Source: Heteronotia binoei
Taxonomy: Eukaryota
Direction: 5' to 3'
NCBI RefSeq assembly: GCF_032191835.1
Contig: NC_083243.1
Location: forward strand, 54,808,001 to 54,872,000
Length of the DNA: 64,000 nt
Shown piece after piece: positions 38,529-50,067 of the stretch; within the stretch, counting starts at the first letter, position 1; the number at the start of each line of letters is the position of its first letter. The notes beneath the pieces were generated by a model. That model was given only the letters and a program-made list of their open reading frames with translations, was not told the DNA's origin and did no database searches. Position numbers and translations under genes: made by a program.

Positions 38529-38734
38529 CACTGTTCCCTCTAAACTGAGTTAGTGTGAGCTAGCTCACAGTTTTTTAACCTCCAGCTCACACATTTTTGT
38601 CTTAACTTAGGAAGGATGACCCCAGAGCAAACTAATTTATGTGCAGTCAAATTGCTTGCTCACAACTTTAATGCCAGTTGCTCATGAAGTAGAATTTTTT
38701 GCTCACAAGACTCCACAGCTTAAAGGGAGCGTTG
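38529..38734. mobile_element. MITE, CAGTGTTCCCTCTAAG family (copy 2)
   Basis: Homologous to 57329-57521 and 8120-8303. Confidence 0.8.
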
Positions 38735-39544
38735 GTATGGGCACTCCACCTTGGGCTCCTCCAATGCCCTTCCTGGAGAGGTGGAGATCTGGCCCACTCT
38801 AAACTCCTGGGTCAATGACCTTTCTTGTTGTTCTCCCCCCACCATGGCCTCACCTGGCACAAGGTCTCAAGAGGCCCTCCTGCTGGCCAGTGCTGCTCTT
38901 AATAAAAAGCCAGCACTGCCATGTATCTGTTTGCTTTCTGGGTTGCCAGCCCAGGGTTGGGAAATTCTTTTGGGGGTGGAACCTGGGGAGGGTGGAGTTT
39001 GAAGAATGAAGGGACATAAGCAAGGTACAATGCCATACAGTCCACTTTCCAAAGCAGCTGTTTTCTTCATTATTGCCAGGAGATCAGTCATAAAAGCAGA
39101 GCTCCACGCCCCATCTGTAGGTTGGCAACCCAAGTTCTGGGTCCCTCCATGGCTCCTGCCAGGACTGTCTGTCTCCCCTATACCCTACAGTGACCTACTG
39201 TCATTTGTTAAAGTTCCACAGGGCCTGCAAAACAGAGTTGTTCCACTGGGTGTATCATTGAGAACAGTGATGGGTTCTATCTTGATGGTTTCCATCATGC
39301 ATTGGCCTCCTCCCTTTCTCCCCTCTCTCTTTTTTTCTCATCAGACAACTATACCTTATCCCCCTCTGAGATTTTGCACCATGTTTTAGCTGTATAGGGG
39401 GATGCATCTATTTATTATGTATTTTATAGTATGTATGTGATTATGTATTGAATGTTTGAATTGAATGTTTTTACAAATGATGTTACTCGCTCTGAGCCTG
39501 GTCTCTGGGGAGAGCAGGTTATAAATTTAATAAACAACAACATA

Positions 39545-39960
39545 TTTTTTCTAGACTGAAAAGTCTCATGCTTTTCACAATCTGCCTTGGTTTTCACCAT
39601 CCTGAATCATTTGGTATCATCTGGAAATTTGGCTACTGCATTGCTCAGCCTCAATTCAAAATTATTTGTGAACAAATTAAATAGCACTGGTCCTGATAAG
39701 AATTCTTTCAGGACCCCACTGCTCACTTCCCTCTATTGCAAGAACTGTCTATTCCCACTATCTGCCATTTAACCAACTTTTAATCCATGAGATAATTAAT
39801 CCTTTTATTCCATCATTGTGAAGCTTATTCTGAAGTCTTCAGTGAGGTACCTTGTCAAAAGCCTATTGGAAGTCTGTGTATATGATATCTACTGGATTGC
39901 TCTTATACACATGCTTGTTAAACCTGCTGAAACTCCAAGAGGTTGATGAGGCAGGACAGT
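39545..39960 (-). mobile_element. Old CR1 RT fragment
   Basis: Plus strand reads like the antisense of CR1 RT (compare 7250-7560); ORF 39587-39772 parallels the antisense ORF 6940-7389. Confidence 0.75.
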
Positions 39961-41099
39961 CAATGCAACAAAATCTACATCTTGCACCAGGTCTCGAGCC
40001 TGCTCAGAATCAAGACTAGAGTTGCTACTCCTCTCGTTGGTTCTGTTACCAACTGCTCCAGTGCAGTCATTTATAATGCCTAAAAAGCTTGTTTTTGTGG
40101 CATGACTCAAGTACATTTGTCCAGTCAATGAGAAGGTAGTTGAAGTCATCCAGTTTTTCCACATTGTCCCCTTTAGTTACCACCCTTATTTCTCTCTCCA
40201 TCTTAAGGTTCGCTTCCTGGTTTGGGTAGAGCAACAGTACACTTCGTAGCTGGTTTGGTTGTTTAAGGATCTTAAGAAAGATGTAATGTGATGTAGTCAG
40301 ATCTGCTTGCCCAAAACTGGACTCACACACAGCAGCTTTATTTGATCTTTTCTGCACACACAATTTATTGTAGCTGACTCTGGAGAGTCCAAGCAGTCAG
40401 GTTGACTTTGGATCTGTGTGCCTGCCCTCTGCACTATTCTTTTTTCTCCGCTTTATTTATTGTGTATTTGTGTATGCATTCTGCAGCTACAATTAGAACT
40501 CTCAATTTTTTTGGCTGCATTTTGGTTGTGACATCATATATGACCTGTGTGGGCTGGAGGGTCACTGGGGGACCTCTCTGTTAACATCCTAGGAAGAAAT
40601 TGGAGAGGAGACAGCTGAAGGAGGGGGGCACAGCCAGCCAGGGACTCGTGAGGGGGGGGGGAGGAGGGAGGGACCCAAAAGGGGAAGGGAAGGAGGCGCA
40701 AGAGGAGGGAGGGAGGGAAAGCAGGTGGGGGCAGAGGACAGGAGCAAAGAAGAAGCCAAACTGAGACATGCAGCAAGGGATGGTCAAGGAGGGTTGGGGA
40801 AGAAGGGTGCCATTTTGCTTGATTCCTCCTGCTGGTGGAACATCTGGCCAGCTGGACACTGCTATTCCAAAGTAACAAGTTTAGACACTGCAGCAGAAAA
40901 CACCTTATGACCCCAGAGATCCAATAGGCTCGAAATCAAATTTGATCCCTTTTAACTGACCACCTTGACTTTCTCATACAATGGAAGTTGTTACCCTAAG
41001 TGGTTGTGAGCAGTGGTGGGATTCAGCCGGTTCGCACCAGTTCTATAGAACCGATACCTAAAGTTCTATTGGTTCTGAGAACCGTTTGTTGGCTGGGGG

Positions 41100-41870
41100 G
41101 AGGGGGGGAGAAACTGCGGCAAGGAGCGTGGCGAGCTGCAAGTCCGGGTCCTTCTGAGCCCAAATCGGAGGAGCAGCTAAGGCTCAAAGGACCCAGATAC
41201 ACCCCCAGAGGATCGCGGTAAACGGCAGTCTGACCTTCTGCATGCTTACTCGAAAGTAAGCCACACGGGATTCAGGGGGAGTTACTTTTAAGTAAACGCG
41301 ACTAGCGGCGCAGCCGGGCAATCTAGCTGCTAGGCGCGTCAGGCTAGGTCCCAGCGAGTTCTGTAGGGCTTACTTAGGAGTAAAAGCGCACCGGTTTGCA
41401 GCCTAAACGCGCCCTGGACAGCTACAATCCTATGCTGTTGCTAAGAAATCCCATTGAGGTTTGCTCCGAACTCTGCATTCAGCAATGTTTACTCCCGAGT
41501 AAGCCCGGACTGCTCCCAAACCTCCCTGGCTGATTCTGCAGCCGCGTAGAAGACACAAAGAAGCAAACACGCAGCGCGGGGATGGGGGGGGGCGAGAAAG
41601 GAAGGTGGAATGATAGTTTGGAAATTGGTTTCGCCCCAGCCCACCTGTCCCTGCCACTCAACCCTCCTCCTCCTGGCAAAGATCGTACTCCTGTCTTACT
41701 TCTTAAATCACATATTACGTTGAGCACCAACTCCCCACCCCTGCCGAGCTGGGAGGTGTAAAGACTCTGGAGGGGGAGGGAGATGTCACGTGGGAACAGC
41801 CCGGCCGGGGACGACGCAGTCGCTTTTCAAAGGAAATTGCCTGGCTGGCCACTTGGGCGCATTTCAATAT
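41100..41870. promoter_or_regulatory. CpG-island / promoter-like region inside the hAT element
   Basis: Visibly high CpG density against a CpG-poor background; E-box GTCACGTG at 41785-41792; no transcript evidence. Confidence 0.55.
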
Positions 41871-42654
41871 ATGGAAATGACCAGCGGCTTGTGCAATAAA
41901 TCAACACTCAAGACTTTTGGTCATTTTTTCCCTCCTCTCTGTCCTTCAGTTTTCTCATTCTTTCTTTCCTGGGCACATCAGCAAGCCATTGCATCACCGA
42001 TTCCCCGATTCTCTATTAATTTCCCTCGTCTTTCCTTATTAGTGTCATCATCATCAATAGCAGCTAGCTCAAGCATTATAGCAATTTGGTCCCCAAACAA
42101 GCGGGACTTTTGTGTAACTTGTTATTTCAGATGGCGAATATTGTGTAGTTAGACATCCCCTTTTTTGTTAGATTGATTGCAAACTTAAGACGCAAAAGGA
42201 GTCCTCCAAAAACTGCAGGAAAGTTTTTTTGTTTGCTTGTTTAGAAAATGCTTTTTAAAAAGCATTGTGTGCGTTGGCCCCATGCATATGAGGTCTTGGA
42301 AGTTTTTTTAAAGACCTGAGGTTTGGAATTGTTTTGCATTTTTGCAATCCCTACGCGGAAAAGGTGTAGTATATTGGCGTATGCAACCAGGCAATGCTAT
42401 CAGTAGGAAAAGGATGAGAAATAAGCGTGCACGGAGTTTCTTGCCCAAAGGGGACTTCACTTTAGCTTAGTCAGAATTTTTCAACTCCAGCCCCTCCCCC
42501 ATTTTACATAGCTTTGCCTTTCTTGTACAACGTTCTGTGAAACGTTAGCCACCATTTACTCAATTAAATGCCTGATCCTAGAGTGTTTGCATGCCTCACT
42601 GCTGTAATTTGCTTCCCGGAAAACATGCATAGGATAACCTAACAGTGCATAGTA

Positions 42655-42785
42655 GGAGTCAAGCAGCACCTTTAAGACCAACTAAGTTTTATTCAGAATG
42701 TAAGCTTTGTTGGTTTTAAAGGTGAAACTTGACTCCTACTTTGTTCTACAGCTTCAGACCAACACAGCTGCCCACCTGGTTCTAA
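42655..42785. mobile_element. Penelope-like terminal fragment (related pieces at ~37525-37580, 59497-59600, 59830-59920)
   Basis: Shared TTAAAGGTG..ACT.GACTC...TTTGTTCT..GCTTCAGACCAACAC.GCT.CCCACCTG motif; family assignment from recall of sauropsid repeats. Confidence 0.4.
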
Positions 42786-43480
42786 AAGTGCATGTTTCCT
42801 TGGAAGTAAATTCCACTGAAGGGTGGGGCGGGGAGTCAACTCTAAAATTTGCAGGGGAGAGTAGGGGAATATCAGTTCTGTTACTTACAACACCAGTACT
42901 TGAAATCTGTTTACACATTCAGCTGCAAATTGGCAGGTGCTGAAAAAAGTAGAAAGATGGTCCAGACCAAAGATCTGAAGTCCAAAATCCAGTTTCTTGC
43001 AGAGGTCAGCAAGATCTCATCTTGAAGCTCCAAACAGAACAGGCCCCACCCCTATCCAGAGTCTGCTAATCAGAATTTAGAGTCTCATTTAACTATTGTT
43101 GCTAACAGCTATTAATAGAACTATCATCCATGGATTAGTCTAGTTCCCATTCAAAAGCAACTAGTGGCAATCACTTTATTTTGTGACAATCAATTCCATG
43201 TTTATTATGCTTTTGGCTCTCCATCCTGAATCTACCAAACATCGATTTCATTGGACATCCCACATTCCTGTGTTATGAGAGGGTATTGAATAATTTCTCT
43301 CTGTCCTGTACAGGCTATGCACCAATTTTATGAACTTCTGGCATGCCTCTTCCCCACTTAGTAATGATGTAGGTGCATGTGTGAATCAGACTTCAAGTGT
43401 GTGAATTGAATCCATTCAAAAGTGTAGCATTTGAGATAATGTAACATGGTGTTCACCCTGACCACCATGGCCCAGGCTAG

Positions 43481-43735
43481 TCTGATGTCGTCAAATCTCA
43501 GAAGCTAAGTATGGTCAGCCATGGTTAGTGCTTGAATGGGAGACCACCAAGGAAGTCCAGGGTCATTATGCAGAAGTAGGCAGTGGCCCAGCTAGCCTGA
43601 TCTTATCAGATCTCAGAAGCTAAGCAGGGCTGGCCTTGGCTAGTATTTGGAAGGGCGACCTCCAAGGAATGCCAGGGTCCTGATGCAGAGGGAGTGGCAA
43701 ACTGCCTCTGAAACATCTCTTGATTAAAAAACAAG
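43481..43735 (+). mobile_element. Two tandem 5S rRNA-derived SINE (SINE3-type) heads
   Basis: GATCTCAGAAGCTAAGCAGGG...GG(C/T)TAGT..TTG(G/A)A.GGG.GACC resembles the 5S internal control region, then GGCAAACTGCCTCTG body; not a full 5S gene. Confidence 0.8.
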
Positions 43736-43934
43736 TCTATCTTGTCACCTAGTGGTGCATAATGCTAAAAGAGCTAGAACTTCTGGCTGCCAGACAATCT
43801 TAGGATTTCCTGGCTATACTACACACAATGCATCATCATCATCTGGCAGTGTGGTAATATTACCAGATCCTAAGATTGTCTGGCAGTCAAAATTCTAGCT
43901 CTTGTAGCATTATGCACCACTATGTAGTGAGCTA

Positions 43935-44095
43935 GACTTTTTTAAAGGCAAGAGACATTTCAGAGGCAGTTTGCAGTTGCTGCCTCTGCGTCATGCCCCT
44001 GGTATTCCTTGGAGGTTGCCCTTCCAAATACTAACCAAGGCCAGCCCTGCTTAGCTTCCAAAAACTGACAAGATGGGGCTATCCTGGGCTATCCA
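43935..44095 (-). mobile_element. 5S-derived SINE, inverted copy
   Basis: Reverse complement of 43590-43735. Confidence 0.8.
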
Positions 44096-45825
44096 GGGCA
44101 GGGCAGGGAGTGGGACATAAATGAAGTAAACAAATAAACAGGCATTTTAAAGTGTATAAATGCAAGGATTGATCACATTTTTTACTTCACCCTTTGTCCA
44201 AGGAGTTCAGGGTAACCACATATGGTTCTCCCCTAGTCCATTTCACACTCAGGACAACTTTGTGAGGTAGATTAGGCTGAGAGATAGTGACTTGGCACAA
44301 GATTACCCAGTGGCAAATCACCTCTATTCATCAGTTGGTTGTGTAAGATCCTTGACCATTTTGGGGATACTCTTCATGTCTCCCAGTTCAAGGGGAGCCT
44401 CCAGTTTGCAGACTTTTCTAGTCATTGGTGTATCTTGAATTAAGCCTGTATCAAATTCCAGCTTTCCAGCTGGTAGGAAAATACCCTGATGTGGTAATTT
44501 TGATATCCACTTGATTGAGTAGGTCCATCATTCCCAAGCATTTTTGTACGTATACCGGTAATTTAAGTAAGCAATCTGATTTCCATTTAACACAGGACAT
44601 AATTAGGGCTGTCACCCGATTAAAGAAATTTTAATCAATCTTACACATTTTAATCTATCCATTTAATGTGAGAGATATGTGGAGTATGCCCCAATGTAAT
44701 TTTTTTCCTCTACTGCAGCTGTAGAAAGCTCTGAATTTGATTCAAACATTGAACAAGTTGTCTTAACCTCTTTTACTGTTCTTATTGCAGTATTTAATGC
44801 GTGAATTATTAAACTACTTTTCAGTATATCTTTTGGTATAGTTAAAATGGTCATTAGGACATAGAACCTGTTGTTAATTTATTTGAATCCCACCACTGGT
44901 TGTGAGGGTCTTCTGAGTTTGTTGGGGGAATTAGCTAGGAGACCTCTGGGCTATGCAAAAGGGGGCAACAAGCAGGATCTCAGCCTACGTTTACAGGGAT
45001 TTTTCTCTCATTAGAACTCTCAAATGAACCGGGCCTTAATTAATGAAATTGTTTTGTTAAAGAAAATAAAAAGAAATAAAATCAAATTACTTAATTTAAA
45101 AATGCACTCTGTAAACACCCATACAAGTTCAGAAAATAGTTGGTAGCTTCATAAAGACAAGAACGGAACTTATTTTACATGGGACTATATTTACCAATTC
45201 TAGAACTGATGAGGAGAAAGGTGAGCAAAACCCCCCAGCATTCCACTCAAAGAAGAAGTTGTACCCAGTTTTGTGTTGGGAGTCAAGTAATCAAATCTTA
45301 AGTATGTAGACTCTTTGTGGGACTTTTTATAAGGTACTTTTAATGTTGTTCTAAATGACTTACATGTTCAGGTTAATGACTGTAATAATAACACACAAAC
45401 AGACAGGCAGATGCAGTCACTCAGTCACAAGAGAGCCCGAGAAGAACCAGAGTGTGTATGGATATACCTTTTGAGCTATGATGTGATTGTTCCTAGCACA
45501 ATGCTGTGATGTGAATGAAACAATGTATTTGAACCAGTGCAGCTTCATAACTTTCCTATTGAATGCAATGTAACGTTCATGTGGAAAATTTCTATTGTGT
45601 TTGGTGACCTCTAATAGACAGGACAGAATAACTATCACACAAAGGATTATGGGATTAAAATGTTTGGGGTTTTTTTACTATAGATTTACATAGAGTACAC
45701 CTGTTAAGGGAAAGTCAGTCAAGGTGGAGGAATGGGTTAGTTGTACTGCCTTTTCTGGAAATTAATCTTTGGCATTGATGGATTTAAAAGAGGGAAGAGA
45801 ACTGTCGAAAAAGCAGACCTTTGCA

Positions 45826-46521
45826 CAGGGGCGGCCTGACATCCCATGGTGCCCTAGGCCGACTTGCTGCCTGGCGCCCCCCCCCACTCCGCGGCCCCCC
45901 TCCCCCTGTGCCTCCTCCTCCCTCCCTTCCCCACAGCATGTTAATTTCAAAGTCAGAATGGGCTCTAGTGCTGCATTCTGGCTATCTAAAGCCCCCTCCC
46001 GCCTCCTTCTATTCCCTCCCTTCCCCACTGCATGTTAATTTCAAAGCCCCCCCTCGCGATCGGAAAAACCATGCTGCAGGGCCTTGCTCCCAGTCTGTCA
46101 GGAGCAGCAGCCTGAAAGGGTGGTCCCGTGGCTGCTAATTCCACCCCTCACCACTTCCTGGATCGAGAGGAGTCAGCTCAGCAGCCGTGGGATCGCCCTT
46201 TCAGGACTCTGCTCCTGACAGATTGGGAGCGCAATCCCGCGGTGCGGTTTTTCCGATCTCTGGGGAGGGGGGGCTTTAAAATTAGCATGCAGTGGGGAAG
46301 GGAGAGAGGAGAAGGAGGCGGGAGGGGGCTTTGGATAGCTGGAATGCGGCACTAGAGCCCGTTCTAGCTTTGAAAGAAACATGCTGTGGGGAAGTGAGGG
46401 AAGGAGGAGGAGGCACGGGGAGGCAAACTAGACAGTTGCAGAGGGGGGAGAGGCCAATTTTGCCACCCCTGCCGGCACCCTAGGCAACCGCCTAGCTTGC
46501 CTAGTGGGTGAGCCGGCCCTG
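45826..46521. mobile_element. hAT MITE with a long internal palindrome
   Basis: CAGGGGCGGC...GCCGGCCCTG; perfect TSD CCTTTGCA; ~45900-46135 inverted to ~46160-46420. Confidence 0.9.
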
Positions 46522-46628
46522 CCTTTGCACCTTCAGGATCCCAGACAAGCCTCTGGCCAATATTCAATGACACGCATTCCATGTGGACCTATTTTGATCC
46601 TATTAGCAGACCAAGTAATAGTCTAGAG

Positions 46629-46763
46629 CAGGGGTGACCAACGGTAGCTCTCCAGATGTTTTTTGCCTACAACTCCCATCAGCCCCAACCAGCATGGCCA
46701 ATGGCTGGGCTGATGGGAGTTGTAGGCAAAAAACATCTGGAGAGCTACTGTTGGCCACCCCTG
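46629..46763. mobile_element. 135-bp palindromic hAT (Charlie-like) MITE
   Basis: Near-perfect hairpin; perfect TSD GTCTAGAG. Confidence 0.95.
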
Positions 46764-47879
46764 GTCTAGAGAAGTGACTCTGTGAGATGTTGAGGAAGAA
46801 GGTTGCCTGCCATCATCTTTTCTAAGGTTCTAGACTAGTCCTTTGAAGGAGGAGGGGTCCAGGCATAACAAAGTGTTCCATTGTTTTCCAAGAACCTTTG
46901 TATTCCGAACAACTGACCAGTATGCTTGTACATATTCTTCACTCCAATGGGATTTGCCTTTGAGGGGGACTGGGATTTCTTTAATAACCTCTATAGTTGC
47001 ACAACTGAGGCAGATCTTTTTGGCAGGATAGTTCGGAGAATAACAGAAAGTCTCTCACTCTCTCTCACTCTCCACTCTCACTCCCCTCCTATTGGGCTCT
47101 CTTATACTGTATGGAAAATGCAGCTCACATCTGTCAAATTTAGGTAGAAACTCCCATGCTCCTCCTTCTGCTACAAAGCCCCTGCCACCGTCCAGGCCTC
47201 CTCCTCCTTATTCCTCTCACCCCCATTCCATACCTCTCCCAGGAGCCAAGGAAGACCCAACTGGCCTGCAGCTTCCCCCTTCCCCTCCCCAGGCCTGCAA
47301 TTGACATGCTTTCTGGAGAGAGAACCTAGCAAGTGGCCAACTGGCAGACTTTTGTTTAGGTAATGGCAGAGGGGTCAGGGGGAGGATAGTGGGCTTCTGC
47401 TTTCACTGCAGTGCTGCTCAGCATGTCCCCATGGAAAGGGGGCAGCTGCAAGCAAGAGGAGCCATGGAGAAGCAGGGATAGCTGTGCAGAGCTCACATCA
47501 CTTGTGCCTTTAACGGTTGCTTTTGCCAAAGCACTCACTGGGGAGCCTGGTCAAGGGAAAGGTGATTTTGCACTAGGAGTACCCAGGCATCCAGCTTTGC
47601 TGCCTGCCAAGATGAGAGCTAGGTGCTGGCATCTGCAAAGGACTACACACCTACCTGCTGGAGTGGAAAATGTCCAATTTAATTTTTTAAATAAAAAAAC
47701 CAGAGCTGAACAGGTTAATGATGTTGCTGAAGAGTGGGAATTGGCCTAGGAGGGAATGGAAATGGGCAGGGGTGGGAAAATCTGAGGGGGATACTTCTGC
47801 TTTTAAATTAGTTTAAACTTGGAGACAAACAAAGGATATAAATTGCAACAAAACCACTCTTGAAAAGCCCAAGGTAAAT

Positions 47880-48037
47880 GCAGGCGGAAAGCAATCTGGG
47901 CACCGAAGTGGGGGTGGGAATCAGTGCAGAACAAAAAAGAGAATACGAATGGAATGCCTGGTGAGTGCAGAACAGAAAAAAAAACCCCAGTGGAACTGCA
48001 GGGTTAAAATGAGGGAAATGACAGTGCAGAAAGGACC
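47880..48037. mobile_element. Probable right end of another Harbinger-type element
   Basis: Terminus AGTGCAGAAAGGACC with AGTGCAGAA repeated at 47923, 47964 and 48023; other end not found. Confidence 0.4.
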
Positions 48038-48217
48038 TTTGTCTCTTGTATAAAGAATAATTGCCTCTGGCTATGTCTTGCTTCCCTCCATACTGCCCCT
48101 TTAAACTCCCATGATCAATTCCCTCCGTTAGCTGCTCTGTTCAGGTGAAGTGCTTGTGCACTCCAAAAGCTGTTGTCTACTTTGTGGAGTCTCACATCTG
48201 AATAACTCTGCTTGTAG

Positions 48218-48492
48218 CTGAGAGCTGCTTGGAGTAGTGGTTAACTGCATAGGCTCTAATCTGGGAGAACTGGTTTTGATTTCACACTCCTCCACATGCA
48301 CCTGCCGATGTGACCTTGAGTCAGTCTCAAGTTTTCTGAGCTGTTCTCTCAAGAGCAGTTCTCAGACAGCTCTCTCAGCTCCACCTACTTCACAGTGTGT
48401 ATGTTGTGGGGAGGGGAAGGGAAAAGACATAGTAAACCACTCTGAGACTCCGAGTGAAGGGTGGGGTATAAATCCAATCTCCTCTCTTCTTC
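48218..48492 (+). mobile_element. Squam3-like tRNA SINE
   Basis: A box TGGAGTAGTGG, B-box-like GGTTTTGATTTC, L2-type tail ending TAAATCCAATCTCCTCTCTTC. Confidence 0.85.
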
Positions 48493-48959
48493 TGTAGTTT
48501 ATTCCCCAAGCTCCAGACAACAGCACGCTCTATCAGATGGCTCATTTCATTCAGCAAGATCCCCTCTCGCTAGCATCATGTGCTTGTAATAAGCTGCAGA
48601 AACACAGTTAAAACTCAAATAGTTTCAGAACCACAGAGCTCACTTTCTTTCAATATCCTTGCTTCTTGCTTCTAGTTTCATGATTAACTCCCTCTGTTAG
48701 TCACTCTGTTTGCCCACTGTTTGATTACAATACATAATAGATGTTCATATAGAAATAAAAATGTAATAAATAAGCTTGCTAAAATCAGGACAGGTAAACA
48801 GAAAATGTAGAAAACATAACTCCCTCCTTCGACTTACAGTGAAGTCCTAAGCATAGTTACATCCTTCTGAGTCTCTTAAAGTTGATAGGCTTAGAAGAAT
48901 GTAACTGTTTAGGATTGCATTGTTGGTCCTAGCAAGTTAGCCCAAATTAACAGGGTTTA

Positions 48960-49270
48960 CAAGGCATCTGAAAGATGCTGAGGCCTGGCCTTTGGCTGGT
49001 CTTCAGGGGAATGGAGTTCTACAGTTGAAGGAGAGCTTCTGAGGGCTCCACTTTACATATACTTGACATTCTCTCTTGGCACAGGGAATGTATTATTAAA
49101 AAGGGAGCTTTGGGTCAATCTGAAATGATGTGATGAGGCATAAGGAATGAACAAATCCCTTAGGCATGATGCTTCCAAGCTGTTAAGGACATTGTAGGTC
49201 AAAAGTAATGCCTGGAAGTGTACCCAGAAGAAAATGGGAAGCTTGTGCAAACATTGGAAATCTGCTGTAA
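48960..49270 (-). mobile_element. Old L2 RT C-terminal fragment
   Basis: LHKLPIFFWVHFQALLLTYNVLNSLEASCLRDLFIPY resembles LHWLPVIYRVRYKVLVITFKALYGRGPVYLRDHLSPY of the young L2. Confidence 0.75.
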
Positions 49271-50031
49271 TATCATTTCCTGACCCCCATGCTGAGGGGC
49301 AGCCTGCCACTTTTGGTACCAACTGATGCTTTCATCTAGTACAGTCTGAATGTGTTCCTGACCATATAGGTAACAAATAGTTGTGAAATCAGATTCAGAG
49401 AGAGAGAGAGCTGAACAAGTAGTTATTTCTTAAGATCGCGAACTCCAGGCTGGGAAATTCATGCAGATTTGGGGAATGGAGCCTGGGAAGGGTTGGGTTT
49501 GGAGAGTGGAGGGACCTCAACACAGTATAATACCATAGATTATAGCTTCTAATGCAGCCATTTTCACAAGGGGAAGTGATTACTGTAGTCTGGAGATGAG
49601 TTGTAATCCCAGGAGATCTTTGTGCTCTGCCTGGAGACTGGCAACTCTACTCTTTGCAGATGTTATGTCCATTTATGGTAACCATACATATTGAGAATGT
49701 GAACCATCCACAATGCTCTTGGTATACTTGGTTGTCCATTGTCGAGCAGGTAAACACACATATTTTGTATGCATGTTTAGGTTCCATGTACATACATCAG
49801 AACCCTGAAAACTCCAGTGGTCAGAGCGCATGTACCAAAGCAATGCATGCATGTTGCATATATTCTGCAAGTATAAAATATGTGTTACTCCTGTTCAAAG
49901 AACATAGTGACTGCTTGTATCAGGAGGATCTACATACATTGGGAGGATCTACATACATACAGTAATCAGGCTGAGAAGGATTTAAGATAACTCAAAATGT
50001 GATTGGGAGAAATGGATGCCAATTTCAACCT

Positions 50032-50033
<2 letters not shown>

Positions 50034-50066
<33 letters not shown>
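50034..50066. repeat. (GA)n microsatellite
   Basis: Direct reading. Confidence 0.95.

Positions 50067-50067
<1 letters not shown>

Larger units (their letters stand above)
41011..44898. mobile_element. 3888-bp non-autonomous hAT-type element carrying host-like DNA (candidate Pack-TIR)
   Basis: Perfect 15-bp TIR CAGTGGTGGGATTCA / TGAATCCCACCACTG; perfect 8-bp TSD GTTGTGAG (41003-41010 / 44899-44906); no transposase ORF inside. Confidence 0.88.

Noticed and set aside
41872-41931. Possible RNA hairpin (AATGACCA / TGGTCATT)
   Set aside because: Only an 8-bp perfect stem with weak internal pairing and no snoRNA or miRNA hallmarks.
42085-42094. TTTGGTCCCC matching the start of miR-133
   Set aside because: The match stops after 10 nt and there is no precursor hairpin.
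43481-44095. 5S rRNA genes
   Set aside because: Only the internal control region resembles 5S; the 5' and 3' ends are missing or replaced by SINE body.
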